Below, one piece after another: positions 14,180 through 27,490 of a stretch of 64,000 bases of DNA. The position numbers and the translations under genes are program-made. The stretch spans positions 4,092,001 through 4,156,000 of the forward strand of contig CM069160.1 of the NCBI GenBank assembly GCA_035221665.1, given 5' to 3'. This DNA comes from Okamejei kenojei. Lineage: Eukaryota. Under the pieces are notes generated by a model. The model did no database searches, was not told the DNA's origin, and saw only the letters and a list, made by a program, of their open reading frames with translations. Every line of letters begins with the position of its first letter. The stretch's first letter is position 1.

Positions 14180-14650
14180 ACCAGAATAAGCCCTTGGTAT
14201 AAGCCTGGGCGATCGTTTCGCTGAACGCCTTCACTCATTCCGCCTGGACCAAGCTGATCTCCCGGTTCCCAAACACTTTAATTCCCCTTCCCTTTCCCAC
14301 ACTGACCTTTTTGACCTGGCCTGCCTCCTTTTGTCAGAGTCAAATGAGAGAAACAACATCTCATATTTCACTTGGGCAGCTTACAACCAGTGGTATGAGT
14401 ATTGAGTTCTCTAACTTCGTAACCCCTGCATTCCCTCTCCCTCCATCCCTCCCCCACCCAATACTAGCTTCAAAGGGCTTAAATCTCCACTGTACTCTGC
14501 TAACGCAAACTGACAAACAGCTAACAATGACCTATATTATTCGTTAGCATATCTTTCATGATTTGTTATTTATCTCTCTGGCATCACCGCTATATCTCTC
14601 GTTTCCCTTTCCCCAGTCTGAAGAAGGGACTCAACCCTGAAAATGTCACA
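14180..14650 (+). mobile_element. Penelope-like element 3' fragment (GIY-YIG end) followed by hammerhead-like pLTR
   Basis: ctgggcgatcgtttcgctgaacgcc...cactttaattcccc matches 40100-40330 in reverse; CTGAAGAAGGG..GAAA at 14618. Confidence 0.7.
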
Positions 14651-17600
14651 TTTCTTAGAAAAACATAGAAAAAAGGTGAATGATGAGGCTTCGCCCCCCA
14701 ACGAGCCAGCACCGCCATTCAAAATGATCAGCTGATCTTCGGCAATAACCCGCTTCTCCCCATCCTGACTCCACTAGTCCCTAGAGGAACAACTTTCTCT
14801 TAAATCAATCCAGAGATTTGGCCTCCACCGCCCTTTGTGGCACGGAATTACATAATTCACAACTCTCTGGGTAAAACGGTTTTTTCAGTCTGACCTCCCT
14901 TTATTCTGAGACTGTGGCCACTGGTCTCACCCAAATTGGGAACATTTTTCCTGTCATCATAGCTTGTCCAGTCCTTTTCTTTTATAAGATGCTAGTATGA
15001 CTGGTGTGTTACTCCATCTTTTCCTTTATTCGGCGTAAAACTACAGGTTGCAAAAGGGTGGTTAATAATAATTATGTATGGTGCAGTGAGACCTATTTGT
15101 CGACAATTGATGCGTAACTGATAGGAAGAAGCTTTTTGTAAAATTACATTGTGTCACTGCCCCTTAGCATCTTGCCTCTTGCGGTCAATGTTACAGTCAT
15201 CTGCCATTGCTGTCCTCAGATTTATTTTATTGTACAAATTGGAACAAAACAAAACTGATGCTGATCATCCCGAATGTCAATAATTCTTCCCTCCCCCACA
15301 GAGCTGCTCACCGCTGATTTCCCCTTCCAGCAATTATTAGAGGCATATAGACCGTCACAACTGATTTCCCCAGGTTGGAAATGCCCAACTTTAGTGGCCA
15401 GCGCTATAAAGTGAAAGGGGGGAAGGTTTAATGGAGAAGTGGGGGGCATGTTTCTTTATACAGTGTGGGGGCCAGGAACGCATTGTATGGGTGGGGGTAG
15501 TACAGATATGATAGTAGGATTTATGAGGCTTTCAGATAGGCACATTGAAATGCGGGTAATAGAGGGATATGTATCAAGTACAGGCAGATAAGATCAGTTT
15601 AAGTTGGCATCATGGTTGCCACAAACATTGTGGGCCAAAGAGCCATTTTTGTTATATTCTTCGTTTAGTTTACTTTTGTTTAGTTTTAGAGATACAGCGC
15701 TGAAACAGGCCCTTCATCCTACTGAGTCCGCGCCGACCAGCGATCCCCATTCACCAGCACCATCCGACACACGAGAGACAATTGACCATTGTTTTTACCG
15801 AAGAAAATTAACCTACAAACTCGTATGTCTTTGTGGAAAGAAATCAGGGCTCCCGGAGAAATCCCATGTGATCACGGGGAGAATGTACAAACTCCTTACT
15901 GACAGCATCCGTTGTCAGGATCGAACCCGGGTCTCTGGCGCTGTAAAGCAGCAGCTCCACTGCTGCGCGCTTGTGTCACCCCTAAATATGTTCAATATTC
16001 TATTACAGCATCTCCAATCTCTTATTAACAATCTCTCCCACAATGTCAACAAGATGAAGTTGAAGGAGCTAGTGATCGACTGCTGGAAGGAAGATGGTGT
16101 ACAAGCCCAAAGCTTCTGGGATGCACCGCAGTGGCAGTAGAACATTACCGCGGAACGCCCCACGGAACCCAACACGAATCGACCAGGCGGCTGCCGAGAA
16201 CATCCCGGCGGGCCACTGAAATCAAGGACAGACTCGGCAGCCGCCGAGAACAAAGATGGACTCGGCCGGTCGCCTGCAGCCACATGCGCCGGCAGGCTTG
16301 GTTCGCCGGTGTGAAGAGCAGCCCGGTGGAAGCTGCTGAGCTTGGCCCCGAAGCCCGCAGAGTCGAGGAGGAGGAAGCCACTGCCGCCAACGGACGCAAG
16401 GAGTGGGCAACTAAGAGAGGGACTGAGGTATTACCTCCAGCGCTTTCAAGGTTGGCCGAAGGAGTTGTCTCCCTGGACACAGAGCCATTTGGGCGAGGAG
16501 AGGGACGTTGGTTGGCGGGCTGAGCTGGTCGAGGGTGATGGAGGAGGTCCTCCAGTAGCCTGGGGTTGAACTGGGCTTACCTGGATCGGGGGCGCTGCAG
16601 TACATCCAACATATGGACGGGACGTGGGACTTCGGACTTTTTCTTTTTCTTTTGTAAACACTGTCATATTATGGCGACGGGTGCAAGAATGTCACTGTGC
16701 AGTGCATGAGTGACAATAAAGAACCATTGAAACATTGAATTCAGAATCTATATAACTTCAGATAAGCCAGATTTAGAATATTGTGTGCATTTCTGGTTGC
16801 CCAAATGCAGGATGACTTTGGAAGCATGGAATTGGTGCAGAGGTAGTATGCCAGAATGATGCACAGATTAGATATTAGCTAGAAAGAGAGGTTGGACAGA
16901 CCTGGGTTGAAATCGCTAGAATGCCACAGGTTGATAAAATTATATAACATTATGAGAGGCATAGATAGGATAGAGAGTCAGAACATTTTACACAGGGTGG
17001 AAATATAAAGTAATGGAGGGCATAGCTTTCAGGTGAGTGGGACATGGTGTAAAGTGCCATGTATTAATAGAAGGCTCAATGAGAGATTTTTGCGCTGATG
17101 TTGAGTATGCTACACTTTTACACCAATACACATCTTTAAACTGAGCTCATGTCTCTCCTCCCAGCTGAAAAAAAAAGATGCATGGTACTGCTTGGAATAA
17201 GGGAAATTCTTACACGTCCGTTGACCAATTGTTATTTCTTAAGCAATACCGGTAAAATCGACAAAAAACAGGCACAAAAAGCTGGGGTAACTCAACAGGT
17301 CAGACAACACTTCCGGGGAAAAGGAAATTGTGACGATTTGTGTCGAGACCCTTCCCGAAATGTCGCCTATTCCTTTTCCCCAGAGATGCTGCCTGACCCG
17401 CTGTGTTACTCCAGATTTTTGCATCTGCCGACAGCAAATTTGAACCTGCAGTTTCTTCCTACGCAGACTACGTGGTTTATCTAAAACTGCTGTTTGTGGA
17501 ATTGACTGCATTCTGAATTGTTAAATAGTAATACTTTGCGAAACATCTATTCGGCTGTAAGATGCTAAGTGAAATGTGATTTTGTATTTGTTGTCCTAAA

Positions 17601-17775
17601 AACACCAATATAATCCCTACCATAAAACCTGATCCTTAAACTGTATTCACTGGTAATTAGTGACCAGAACAAGTGGTCTCATTCCCATTGGATCTGGTTA
17701 TCAGGTTCGTGTACAAATGGACCAATAATTAGCTTCGCACCAGAGTTCTGTTAAAAACGTTCAAGAGATTAAGTT

Positions 17776-17862
17776 GGGTACACAAAAAGCTGGAGAAACT
17801 CAGCGGGTGCAGCAGCATCAAAGAGCGAAGGAGATAGGCGACGTTTCGGGTCGAGACCTTCT
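17776..17862 (-). mobile_element. Short pLTR-derived insertion with 10-bp target-site duplication
   Basis: AGATTAAGTT at 17766-17775 and 17863-17872 flanks an 87-bp copy of the dispersed repeat. Confidence 0.8.
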
Positions 17863-17926
17863 AGATTAAGTTACTGTTGCTGCGTTTACTCTGCTGGTTA
17901 AAGAGTGCTGTGGGCAGCTGTAAAAC

Positions 17927-17978
17927 ATGCTTCTTTTTACCTTACTGAACACTTACGGTTTGGCCACAGTCTCCTCTG
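17927..17978 (+). CDS. MHC class I-like gene, exon 1 (leader MLLFTLLNTYGLATVSS)
   Basis: aacATG, hydrophobic signal-peptide-like 17 aa, G|gtaagc phase-1 donor, in frame with the alpha1 exon. Confidence 0.75.
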
Positions 17979-18914
17979 GTAAGCAATGCTGCTTCTACTT
18001 GTGAACTTTGAGGAAACAACAAAACTGATTCTATGTTCTGTTGCACAGTCCCTGTGATTGCCCTGGGTTCATTGTCTTGGTTGTATAAATTGAATTATTG
18101 AATTGAATGTATTAATAATTTTGGGTAAAGGTCATTCCTGAGTTGTGAAGGCTCCAGTGATAAGTTATATATACTATGGTTACCTTGGCAATCCATTGAA
18201 GAGAAGAAATGAATACAGGTAAATAATGAATATAGAACATAGGACAATACAGCACAGGAGCAGGTCGTTCAGTCCTTTACTGCGAAGAAAGGTCTTGACC
18301 CGAAACGTCACCTATTCCTTTTCTCCAGAGATGCTGCCTGACCCGCCAAGTTACTCCAGCATTGTGTGTCTACCTTCGGCCCACAATGTCTGTACTGAAC
18401 AAAATAAACTAATCTCCTCTACCTGTATGTGATCCGTATCCGGCCATTCCCTGCCTATCTATGTACCTATCTAAAAGCTTCTGAAATGTAACTGTTATAT
18501 CTGCCACCACCACCCCCCACTGGCAGCGCATTACAGGTGTCGACCACCTTCCACATAAAACAACTTGCCCCGCTCATCTCCTTTGAACATTGCTTCCCCT
18601 GCATTAAAGTGATGTTCTCTGGTCTTCAACATTTCCACCCTGGGAAAACGGTTCTGACTGTCCACTCAGTCTGTGCCTCTCACCATTTTATGCACTTTCA
18701 TCAGGTCTCCCTATCACCTCCAGTATACAAGATAAAACAATCCATGTTTGTCCAATCTGTCCTTGCACTAATTCCTCAGACAGAATTCAGGTAAACCGAT
18801 GATGTGCACTTTCAATAAAGAAGCGACTTCTTCATTAGTAGGTGTCTCACCTCTCCACGATTTCCTCAGCTGGTGTTAGACACGCAAATTATGGTAAAAC
18901 TCAGGCTGCATTAA

Positions 18915-19190
18915 ACATAGAAACATACAAACATAGAAAATAGGTGCAGGAGGAGGCCATTCGGCCCTTCGAGCCAGCACCGCCATTCAATATGATCATG
19001 GCTGATCGTCCGCTATCAGTAACCCGTGCCTGCCTTCTCCCCATATCCCTTGACTCCACCAGACCCTAGAGCGCTATCCAACTCTCTCTTAAATCCTTCC
19101 AGTGATTTGGCCTCCACTGCCCTCTGTGGCAGGGAATTCCATAAACTCACAACTCTCTGGGTAAAAAAGTTTTTTCTCAGCTCATTCTTA
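18915..19190 (-). mobile_element. CR1 LINE 3' end
   Basis: (catagaaa)n tail plus conserved 3' UTR in reverse; similar copy at 35433-35828. Confidence 0.85.
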
Positions 19191-20439
19191 AATCTTTATT
19201 CTAAGAATGAACAATCAATGTTGTTTTAATGTTGTAGTTATCTTGTTCTATTTGCTGCATGCTTCCTCTCCTGCAGACCCACTCCATTACCCCACCAACA
19301 CTTCCCCAGAAGAGGATAATGACATTTAAGACGCTTGAGGATAGGCACGTGCATATGCAGGGAATTGAGGGATATGAATCATGTACACGCATGAAGAGTT
19401 TAGTTTAACTTGACATCATGATCGGCACAGACATTGTGGCTGAACTCCAGCCCACTACACCCTTAATGAACAAAAATCTATCAATCTCAATCTGGAAATT
19501 TTCATGTGGGCAACATATTAAACAGATCACAGAATCGAGAACCAGAGGACATAGGTTTAAATTGAGGGGGGAAAGATTTAATGGGAATCTGATGGGCAAT
19601 TTCTTCCCACACAATGGTTCCGTTCTAACTATTCTGACATTCGTCAAGGCTTGGAGATTACAAACCTGTAATCGGATGCTCGTCCTCAAAGTTTAATCAC
19701 ATTGTTATCAGATGAAAGTAAATATGATGGTGATTGCCGTGTTGAAATAATACCATATAATACAAAAATCCTTGGCTATGGAGTATTTTGGGAAGTTACA
19801 TGGATTTTATCATTACTGTATTCCACGCTTAGCATTCTTATGTTTCTCCTGGTAACACTGAAACAGACATTTCTGACTCTCGCTTTGGGGCCCCTTCTCA
19901 CCTGACTTAAACACATGGACTTTGACACTGTCTGGTGTGTTGCCTGTAATCTATATCACAGAACAAATATTGCGTGTTCATGTGGAAACAAGAAACTGCA
20001 CATGCTGGTTAATACACATAACATGCTGGAGTAATTAAGCAGGTCGGGCAGTATGTCTGGAGAACATGGATAGGTGATGTTTCAGTTTAGACATCAGCTT
20101 AGATGTGCAAGAAGGAACTGCAGATGCTGCTTTAAACGAAGATAGACACAAAAAGCTGGAGTAACTCAGCGGGATAGGCTGCATCTCTGGAGAGAAGAAA
20201 TGGGTGACGTTTTGGTTCGAGACGCTTCTTCAGACTGGTGATGCAGATGCTGGTTTACACCGAAGATAGACACAAAAAACTGGAGTAACAGCTAGTCAGG
20301 CAGCAAGGCTGGAGAAAAGTAATAGGTGGCGTTTCAGGTCAAGGCACTTTTTCGGATAGAGACGGGGGTGCATATCTGTCATTAATATGTCCTATGTACC
20401 TTTTCGTATCACTTGGTTCACTGTCTCCTGATTCTCAGT

Positions 20440-20470
20440 CTGAAGAAGGGTCTCGACCCGAAACGTCACC
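20440..20470 (+). ncRNA. Minimal hammerhead-ribozyme motif in pLTR-derived repeat (best copy)
   Basis: CTGAAGA A GGGTC-TC-GACCC GAAA CGTC acc: CUGAnGA core, stem II, GAAA, palindromic ACGU, GUC cleavage triplet. Confidence 0.7.
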
Positions 20471-20900
20471 TTTTCCTTTTCTCTGGAGATGCTGCCTGAC
20501 CCACTGAGTTACTCCTGTATGCTGTGTTGAGTTTCCGTTTAGACCTTGTTTATTATAGCCGCCTCCCAGACCAAGGCATATATTGACCCCCCCCCCTGAT
20601 AATCGGGACTCACCAGCAAGATCTCCTTTACACTTACTGCTCCAATTTACAGAATCTCAGTGTCCTCATAAATCAGAATTGTCCCATTCCATGCAAACAT
20701 TTCTTACCAGATGGGCGTTTCAGTGTTGTAGCCCATAGAGATGCTATCTATGAGGACATGGACTTAATCCTGATCTCGACTACAACTTGTGTGGCATGTT
20801 TATTATTTCCCTGAAACCATGCGTGCTTCCTCTGGTTATACCAGTTTCTCCCCACATCCCAAAGAGAGGTAAATTGGCCAGCGTGAATTGATCGTTCATA

Positions 20901-23141
20901 CAGTGCCCTCCATAATGTTTCGGACAAAGAACAATCATTTATTTATTTGCCCCTGTACTGCAGAATTTGATAGTTGTCATATAAAAACTCAAATGTGGTT
21001 AAAGTGCACTTTGTCAGATTTTAAAAAAGGCCATTCTTTTTCATGTTGGTTTCACCATGTAGAAATCACAGCAGTGTTTATACATAGTCCCCCCATTTTA
21101 GGGCACCATAATGTTTGGGACACAGCAATGTCATGTAAATGAAAGTAGTCATGTTTAGTATTTTGTTGCATATCCTTTGCATGCAATGACTGCTTGAAGT
21201 CGATGATTCATGGACATCACCAGTTGCTGCGGATCTTCTCTGGTGATGCTCTGCTAGGCCTGCATTGCAACCATCTTTAGCTTATGCTTCATTTGAGGGC
21301 TAGTACCCTTCAGTTTATTCTTCAGCATATAAAAGGCATGCTCAGTTTGGTTCAGATCGGGTGATTGACTTGGCCACTCACAATTTACATTGTTTTAGCT
21401 TAGAAAAGCTCTTTTGTTGGTTTAGCAATATGTTTCGGATCATTGTCTTGCTGTAGTATGTACCGCCGGCAAATATGTGTTTTGAGGCATTTGTTTGAAA
21501 TTGTGCAGATAGGATGTGTCTATACGCTTCAGAATTCATTATGCTTCTACCATCAGTAGCTGAATGTTCAACAAAGCTAAGTAAGCCAGTATCTTCAGCA
21601 GCCATACGTGCCCAGGCCACAACCGCACTACCGTGTTTCACAGGTGAGGTGGTGTACTTGGATCTTGGGCAGTTCCTTATCTCCTCAATATTTTTGTTCT
21701 TGCCATCACTATGATATGTTAATCTTCGTCTCATCTGTCCATAAGACCTTTTTCCAGAACTGTGGTTGCTCTTTAAAGTACTTCTTGGCAAACATTAACC
21801 GGGTCATCCTATTTTAGCGGCTAAAAAGTGGTTTGCATCTTGCAGTGTAGTGTCCGTATTTCTGTTCATGAAGTCTTCTGCGGACAGTGGTCATTGACGA
21901 ATCCACACTTGACTCGTGATGAGTGTTTTCTGATCTTCGGACAGGTGTTTGGGGATGTTTCTTTTTAACAGAGAGAATTCTTCTGTCATCAGCTGTGAAG
22001 GTGTTCCTTGGCCTGCCAGTCCCTTTGCGATTAGTAAGCTCACCATAGAACCATAGAAACATAGAAAATAGGTGCAGGAGGAGGCCATTTGTCCCTTCGA
22101 GCCAGCACCGCCATTCATTGTGATCAGGCTGATCGTCTCCTATCAATAACCCGTGCCTGCCTTCTCCCCACATCCCTTGACTCCACTAGCCCCTAGAGCT
22201 CTATCTAACTCTCTCTTAAATCCATCCAGTGACTTGGCCTCCACTGCCCTCTGTGGCAGGGAATTCCATGAATTCACAACTCTCTGGATGAAAACGTTTT
22301 TTCTCACCTCAGTCTTAAAAGACCTCCCCTTTATTCTGAGACTGTGTCCCCTGGTTCTGGACTCGCCCAACATTGGGAACATGTTTCCTGCATCTAGCTT
22401 GTCCAGTCCTTTTATAATTTAATATGTTTCTATAAGATCCCCCTCATCCTTCTAAACTCCAGTCAATGCAATCCTAGTCTTTTAAATCGTTCCTCATATG
22501 ACAGTTCCGCCATCCCAGGGATCAATCCCGTGAACCTGCGCTGCACTGCCTCAATTGCAAGGATACCCTTCCTCAAATTAGGAGACCAAAACTGTACACA
22601 CTACTCCAGATGTGGTCTCACCAGAGCCCTATACAACCAGAGAGCACCAGTGCTCTCTTTCTTCTTAATGATGTTCCAATTGGTTGATTTTGGTAAGCCT
22701 AACGTTTGGCTGATGTCTTGAACAGTTTTATTCTTGTTTCTCAGACTCATAATAGCTTCTTTGACTTTAATTGGCACAATTTTGATCCTCATGTTGATAA
22801 ACAGCAATACAAGTTTCCAAAGGTGTTGGAAAGACTAGGTGCTGAGCTCTCTGATACTCTGCATTAAGGAGGCATTTAAATACCCAAGAGCAATTATATA
22901 TACCTGTGAAGCCATGTGTCCCAAACATTATGGTGCCCCGAAATGGGGGGATTATGTATAAACACAGCTGTAATTTCTACATGGTGAAACCAAAATGTGC
23001 AAGAAATACCCTTTAATAAAATCTGACAATATGCACTTTGACCACATGCGATTTTTTTTCTATTACATATCTCAAATTGTGGAGTACAGAGGCAAATAAA
23101 TAAATGATGGGTCTTTGTCCCAAACATTATGGCGGGCACTC
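20901..23141 (-). mobile_element. Tc1/mariner transposon with IR/DR-type long TIRs and decayed DDE transposase
   Basis: TA flanks (20899-20900, 23142-23143); ~220-bp TIRs starting CAGTGCCC with internal direct repeat ccataatgttt(g/c)ggaca; transposase motifs GRPR, WTDETK, QQDNDPKH, WPSQSPDLN. Confidence 0.92.
22045..22638 (-). mobile_element. CR1 LINE 3' fragment nested inside the Tc1 transposase
   Basis: catagaaa tail; LYRALVRPHLE; splits the transposase between KKESTG and ELTNRKGTGRPR. Confidence 0.9.
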
Positions 23142-24467
23142 TATGTATTAGAATCTATGGAGGGGAGGTACTAATGGGAGAATGGAAAGTATTAAATTGG
23201 TTAGCGTACCACAAGTATAAATAGGTGTTTGATGGTTACCACGGATTTGGTGGGCTAAAGGGCCTTTTTATATGCTGTACCCAGAGGCCATAAGTTTAAA
23301 ATGAGGTGAGAAAGATATAATACGAACCTGAGGCGTAGCTTTGTTACACAAAGAGTGGTGGGTGTACTGAATGAACTGCCGGAGAAGGCAGTTCAGGCAG
23401 GTAATATCGCAACATTTAAGAAACATTTAATCAGGTACATGGATAGATAGGTTTTGAATGATATGGGCCTTCTCAGAGAGCTGTGGACCCCGCGTCAATT
23501 GATGTTTTCAGGTGGAGATTGACAGATTCTTGATCACTACGGGTGTCAAGGGTTATGGTGCGAAGGCGGGACAATGTGGTTGAGAGGGAGAGATAGAGCA
23601 GCCATGATTGAATGGCCGATGGGCTGAATGGCCTATTTATTCTCCTAGGTACTTAAGTACTGATGAAATACAGGCAGTGTAGATGGGGCATGTTGGTCGG
23701 TGTGGGCAAGTTGAGCCGTAGACCCTGATTCCCTGCTGTATGACTCTTTGACTTTACCTCCCTATGATTCTATAAAGTATCTTTGACATTGTCCATGTTC
23801 TTAATAAAATAAAATATTCTTCATATTTTGGAATATTGCAACTAGTAGACCATATCGACATGATAGACAATAATAGATCTTTGAAGATGGGAATCAATCC
23901 AATCGGATCATTCAATGCTTCGACCACAATTGGTGGAATAGGTATCAGAGCCCATCTTGCCTACTCTTGAAGATGGCTCAGTGGTACAGGGGTAGAATTG
24001 CTGCCTTACCGCCCTTACAGCACCAATGCCCAGGTTGGATCCTGACTACGGGTCCTGTCTGTACGGTGTTTGTACATTATCCACCTGACCGTGTAGGTTT
24101 TTCCCGAGATCTTCAATTCTTCCCACATACCAAAGAAGTACAGGTCTGTAGGTTAATTACCTTAGTGTAGAATGTAATTTTTTTCTTGTGTGTGTAGGAT
24201 AGTGTTAGAGTGTGGGGGTTGCTGGTCAGTGTGGGCTCAGTGGGCCGAAGGTCCTGTTTCCATGCTGTATCTCTATCTAAAACCTAAATAAACGGCTCCT
24301 GACCCACAATGTCATCCGATCATCTCCCCCCCCCCCCCCCTACAGATGCTGCCTTGTCCTTGTCACCCTCTTATACAAAGTTCTTGTATTGTTAGCAGTT
24401 TTAGCAACTTCTTTGAGCACTTTACAGTGATGACACAACCATACTTATTTTTGTTTATGCATTGCAG

Positions 24468-24728
24468 ATTTTCACCATCTTGCATTTTACTACCTGTTGA
24501 ACCATGGATTGAGTGAGTTGCCTGAGTATAGTATGGTGGCAATGTTGGATGACCTCCAGATCGCATATTTTGACAGCACACTAGATCGGGCTGTTCCCAG
24601 TCAACGATGGATGGCCCAGTCTTTCCCGCAGGATCACTGGGCTTCAATGACCATCACAGTGGCAGGTTTTCATGGGATTGTCCGAGGAAATGCTGAGATA
24701 GTTTACCAACAGCAACATGGTGTCTCGA
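24468..24728 (+). CDS. MHC class I-like gene, exon 2 (alpha1 domain)
   Basis: ttgcag acceptor, A|gtaagt donor, 261 nt phase 1-1; DFHHLAFYYLLNHGLSELPEYSMVAMLDDLQIAYFDS...AVPSQRWM...DHW. Confidence 0.92.
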
Positions 24729-25483
24729 GTAAGTGTCCTGACCAGACCTGGTGTAGACACCCAACATGTACTGGAGTATTCTGATAAACTTTGTTATTTA
24801 TGTAATTATTCCCTCAGTAATAATATTTTGTTAATCCAGCATCCCCTGAATATTGGCAACAATCCTCAGAGAGTATAGCAATCCCAGACAGTGCTACAGC
24901 CTTGATGTACTTCTCATCTGCATCGCGTTAACCTTCAGCCTGAGCTGTTGGCTCTGTACCATTGCCCATCTGACAATGCACTTCTTCCTCTGTTCTTTAT
25001 GTACGACAGTGCAGAAGTCTGAGTTCTACCCTTCTGACACAGCAGAACTGCTTTCGGCCATTCTGCTCACTGAATCCACACTGATCATCAATTGTGCTAA
25101 GATGGAGTAACAGCAAACTGCAGACGCTGCCAATCTGAATTAAAAACAAACAGGAGGAACTCAGTGAGTCAGGCAGCATTCTGTGGAAAAATAGGCAGAA
25201 AACATATGAGACCAGGACCATTTAGTGATGGAGTAGGGTGGAGAAAGTTGGGGAAAAAAGTAGTGTGTGTAGGATAGTGTTAATGTGCGGGGATCACTGG
25301 TCGTTGCGGACTTGGTGGGCTGAAGGGCCTCTTTCCGCGCAGTATCTTTAAACTAAAGCTGCTCCTGTGCTGTACAGCTCTATGTTGTGTTCTGTTCTGC
25401 CTGTTTGTACCACGCTGAGAACTGATTTGTTAATTGTCTCTCCTCCCCATCCCCTTCCCCCCAACCCAAATCATCCACCTCAG

Positions 25484-25765
25484 CCCCAGCTGTTTTCTTT
25501 GTCCAGGGTTTCTGCGGCTGTGAAGTGGACAGTGACAATTCCACTGATGGGTTTGTCAGACTGGGTTATGACGGGGAGGATGCCTGTGCTTTCGACAAGG
25601 ACAGAATGCGCTGGATTGCACTAAGTCCAGATTTCCAGGTGCTAGTAGATCGGTGGAATGTCAACACCTTCATGAACAAGTATTTCAAAGATCTCCTGGA
25701 GAAGGACTGTGTGAAGTGGCTGCTGATATATCTGGAGTGTGGACAAGAAGCACTACAGAGGAGAG
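25484..25765 (+). CDS. MHC class I-like gene, exon 3 (alpha2 domain)
   Basis: cctcag acceptor (alternative in-frame AG 6 nt downstream); QGFCGCE...GYDGED..FDKDRMRW...DRWN...EKDCVKWLLIYLECGQEALQRR; G|gtata donor. Confidence 0.92.
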
Positions 25766-27005
25766 GTATACGGCGTATGCACTCTGACTGGTAGGACCAA
25801 GGGGTATCCTCTAGATAGGTCAGGTGGGAAATATCCTGCACTTCAGGCTGTCACTTGAGCAATTGTTTAGTTTAGAGATACAGTTCGGCAACAGGCCCTT
25901 TGGCCCACCGAGACCGCACCGACCAGCGATGCCGCAAACTAACACTATCCTACACATAATAGGGCCAATTTGCATTTATACCAACCTAATTAACCTACAA
26001 ATGTGTACGTCTTTCGAGTGTGAGGGGAAACCAAAGATCTCGGATAAAACCCACGCAGGTCATAGGGAGAACGTACAAACTCTGTAAAGGCAAGCACCCG
26101 TAGTTAGTAACAAGCCCGCGTCTCTGGCGCTGTAAGGCAGTAGCTCGACCGCTTCGCCACTCTGTTCTTGGACGAGGTTATCAGTAAAGTCTGGCAACAT
26201 GACTCTTAGATGGATCCAGTGGGTTGGAAGTGCAAGTGAAAGATAAATATTGAACCAGTGTCCTCTATTCACAGTCACGTAGATATTCGGGAAATGGAGG
26301 GATATGTATCTTGGCCTTATGTTCAGCACCGACCTTGTGGCCTGAAGGGTCTGTTGCTGTGCTGATCAGAAACCGAATCAGATTCTCCATTTTCCTCTAT
26401 TACTCCTTAGGATGGTGACATCCAATTTCCAACAGTTCTGTGGTTGAAGAAATTCTTCCTCCCATTCCCTCTTGGAATATGTTATTATTCTTTCACAATA
26501 TATTATTATTGTGTTATTATTATTCAGCAGAGATTCATGAACAAGTAGAAGCAATCTTGTATACAGTATCAATCCCAATGGTGAGTTATACTCCTCCATT
26601 GGGCACTGCATTCCCCTTCCGCCTGCGCTGTCAGCTAAAGTCAGCAGCCAAGATAAAGAGCATGTCATTGATATGAAAACGAAATGTTTTGTTGTTTTGT
26701 TAGAAATGCAAAAAGAAAAGAGAAAAGGCTGGAAACTTTGTGCAAGATAGAACTGCAGATGATGGTTTACACCGAAGATAGAAGATGTTGGAGTAACTCA
26801 GTGGGTGAGGTAGCATCTCTGGGCATTCCTTCTCTCCAGACATGCTGCCTCATCTGCTGAGTTACTCCAGCATTCTGTGTCTGGGCTGGAAACTTTGTTC
26901 AGCTAGAGAAAAACTCTGATTGGGAAAGAGGTGAGTTGGAGTGATCTTACAATTCAAGGCTTTTCTTCATGTCTTCACTAATTCTGACGCTTCTTCTACT
27001 TGCAG

Positions 27006-27278
27006 AAACCCCTGAGGTGTTTATTGGGATTAAACGTGATGGGTCGCAATCACTGAGACTCTCCTGCCTTGTCACAGGTTTCTACCCACCGACCATCGAT
27101 GTAACGTGGCTGAAGGATGGTGAGGGGGTCCCCGGGTCTGAATCCAGTGATCTGTTGCCTAATTGGGATGGGACTTACCAGCTGAAGAATACAATTCAGC
27201 TGAGTGGAGAAGATGTGGCAACATTCTCCTGCTACATCGAACATGCAACTCTGCTGCAGGGAGTCAATGTTCCACAGG
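27006..27278 (+). CDS. MHC class I-like gene, exon 4 (alpha3, C1-set Ig domain)
   Basis: LSCLVTGFYPPTIDVTWLKDG...LPNWDGTYQ...FSCYIEH; ttgcag acceptor and G|gtaagt donor. Confidence 0.95.
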
Positions 27279-27490
27279 GTAAGTGGCAAGTCAATGAATC
27301 TGATCACTTGAGACCAGACACCTCCTGGACTGACATAACAGCGTCAACTCACACTCTTATCTAATCTGTGGATTTAGACTTTCCACTTTAGAGATATGGT
27401 GCAGGAACAGGCTCTTCAGCTCACTGAGTCCTTGCCGAACAGAGATCATCCCGTACATTTACACTATCCAACGCACTGGGACAATTTACA

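Noticed and set aside
23975-24050. tRNA gene-like A/B-box sequence
   Set aside because: Head of a tRNA-derived SINE, continuing into the SINE body
26969-27364. Stand-alone secreted single-Ig protein (beta-2-microglobulin-like) suggested by the ORF's hydrophobic N-terminus
   Set aside because: The apparent leader is the polypyrimidine tract of the alpha3 acceptor; the domain is an exon of the class I gene
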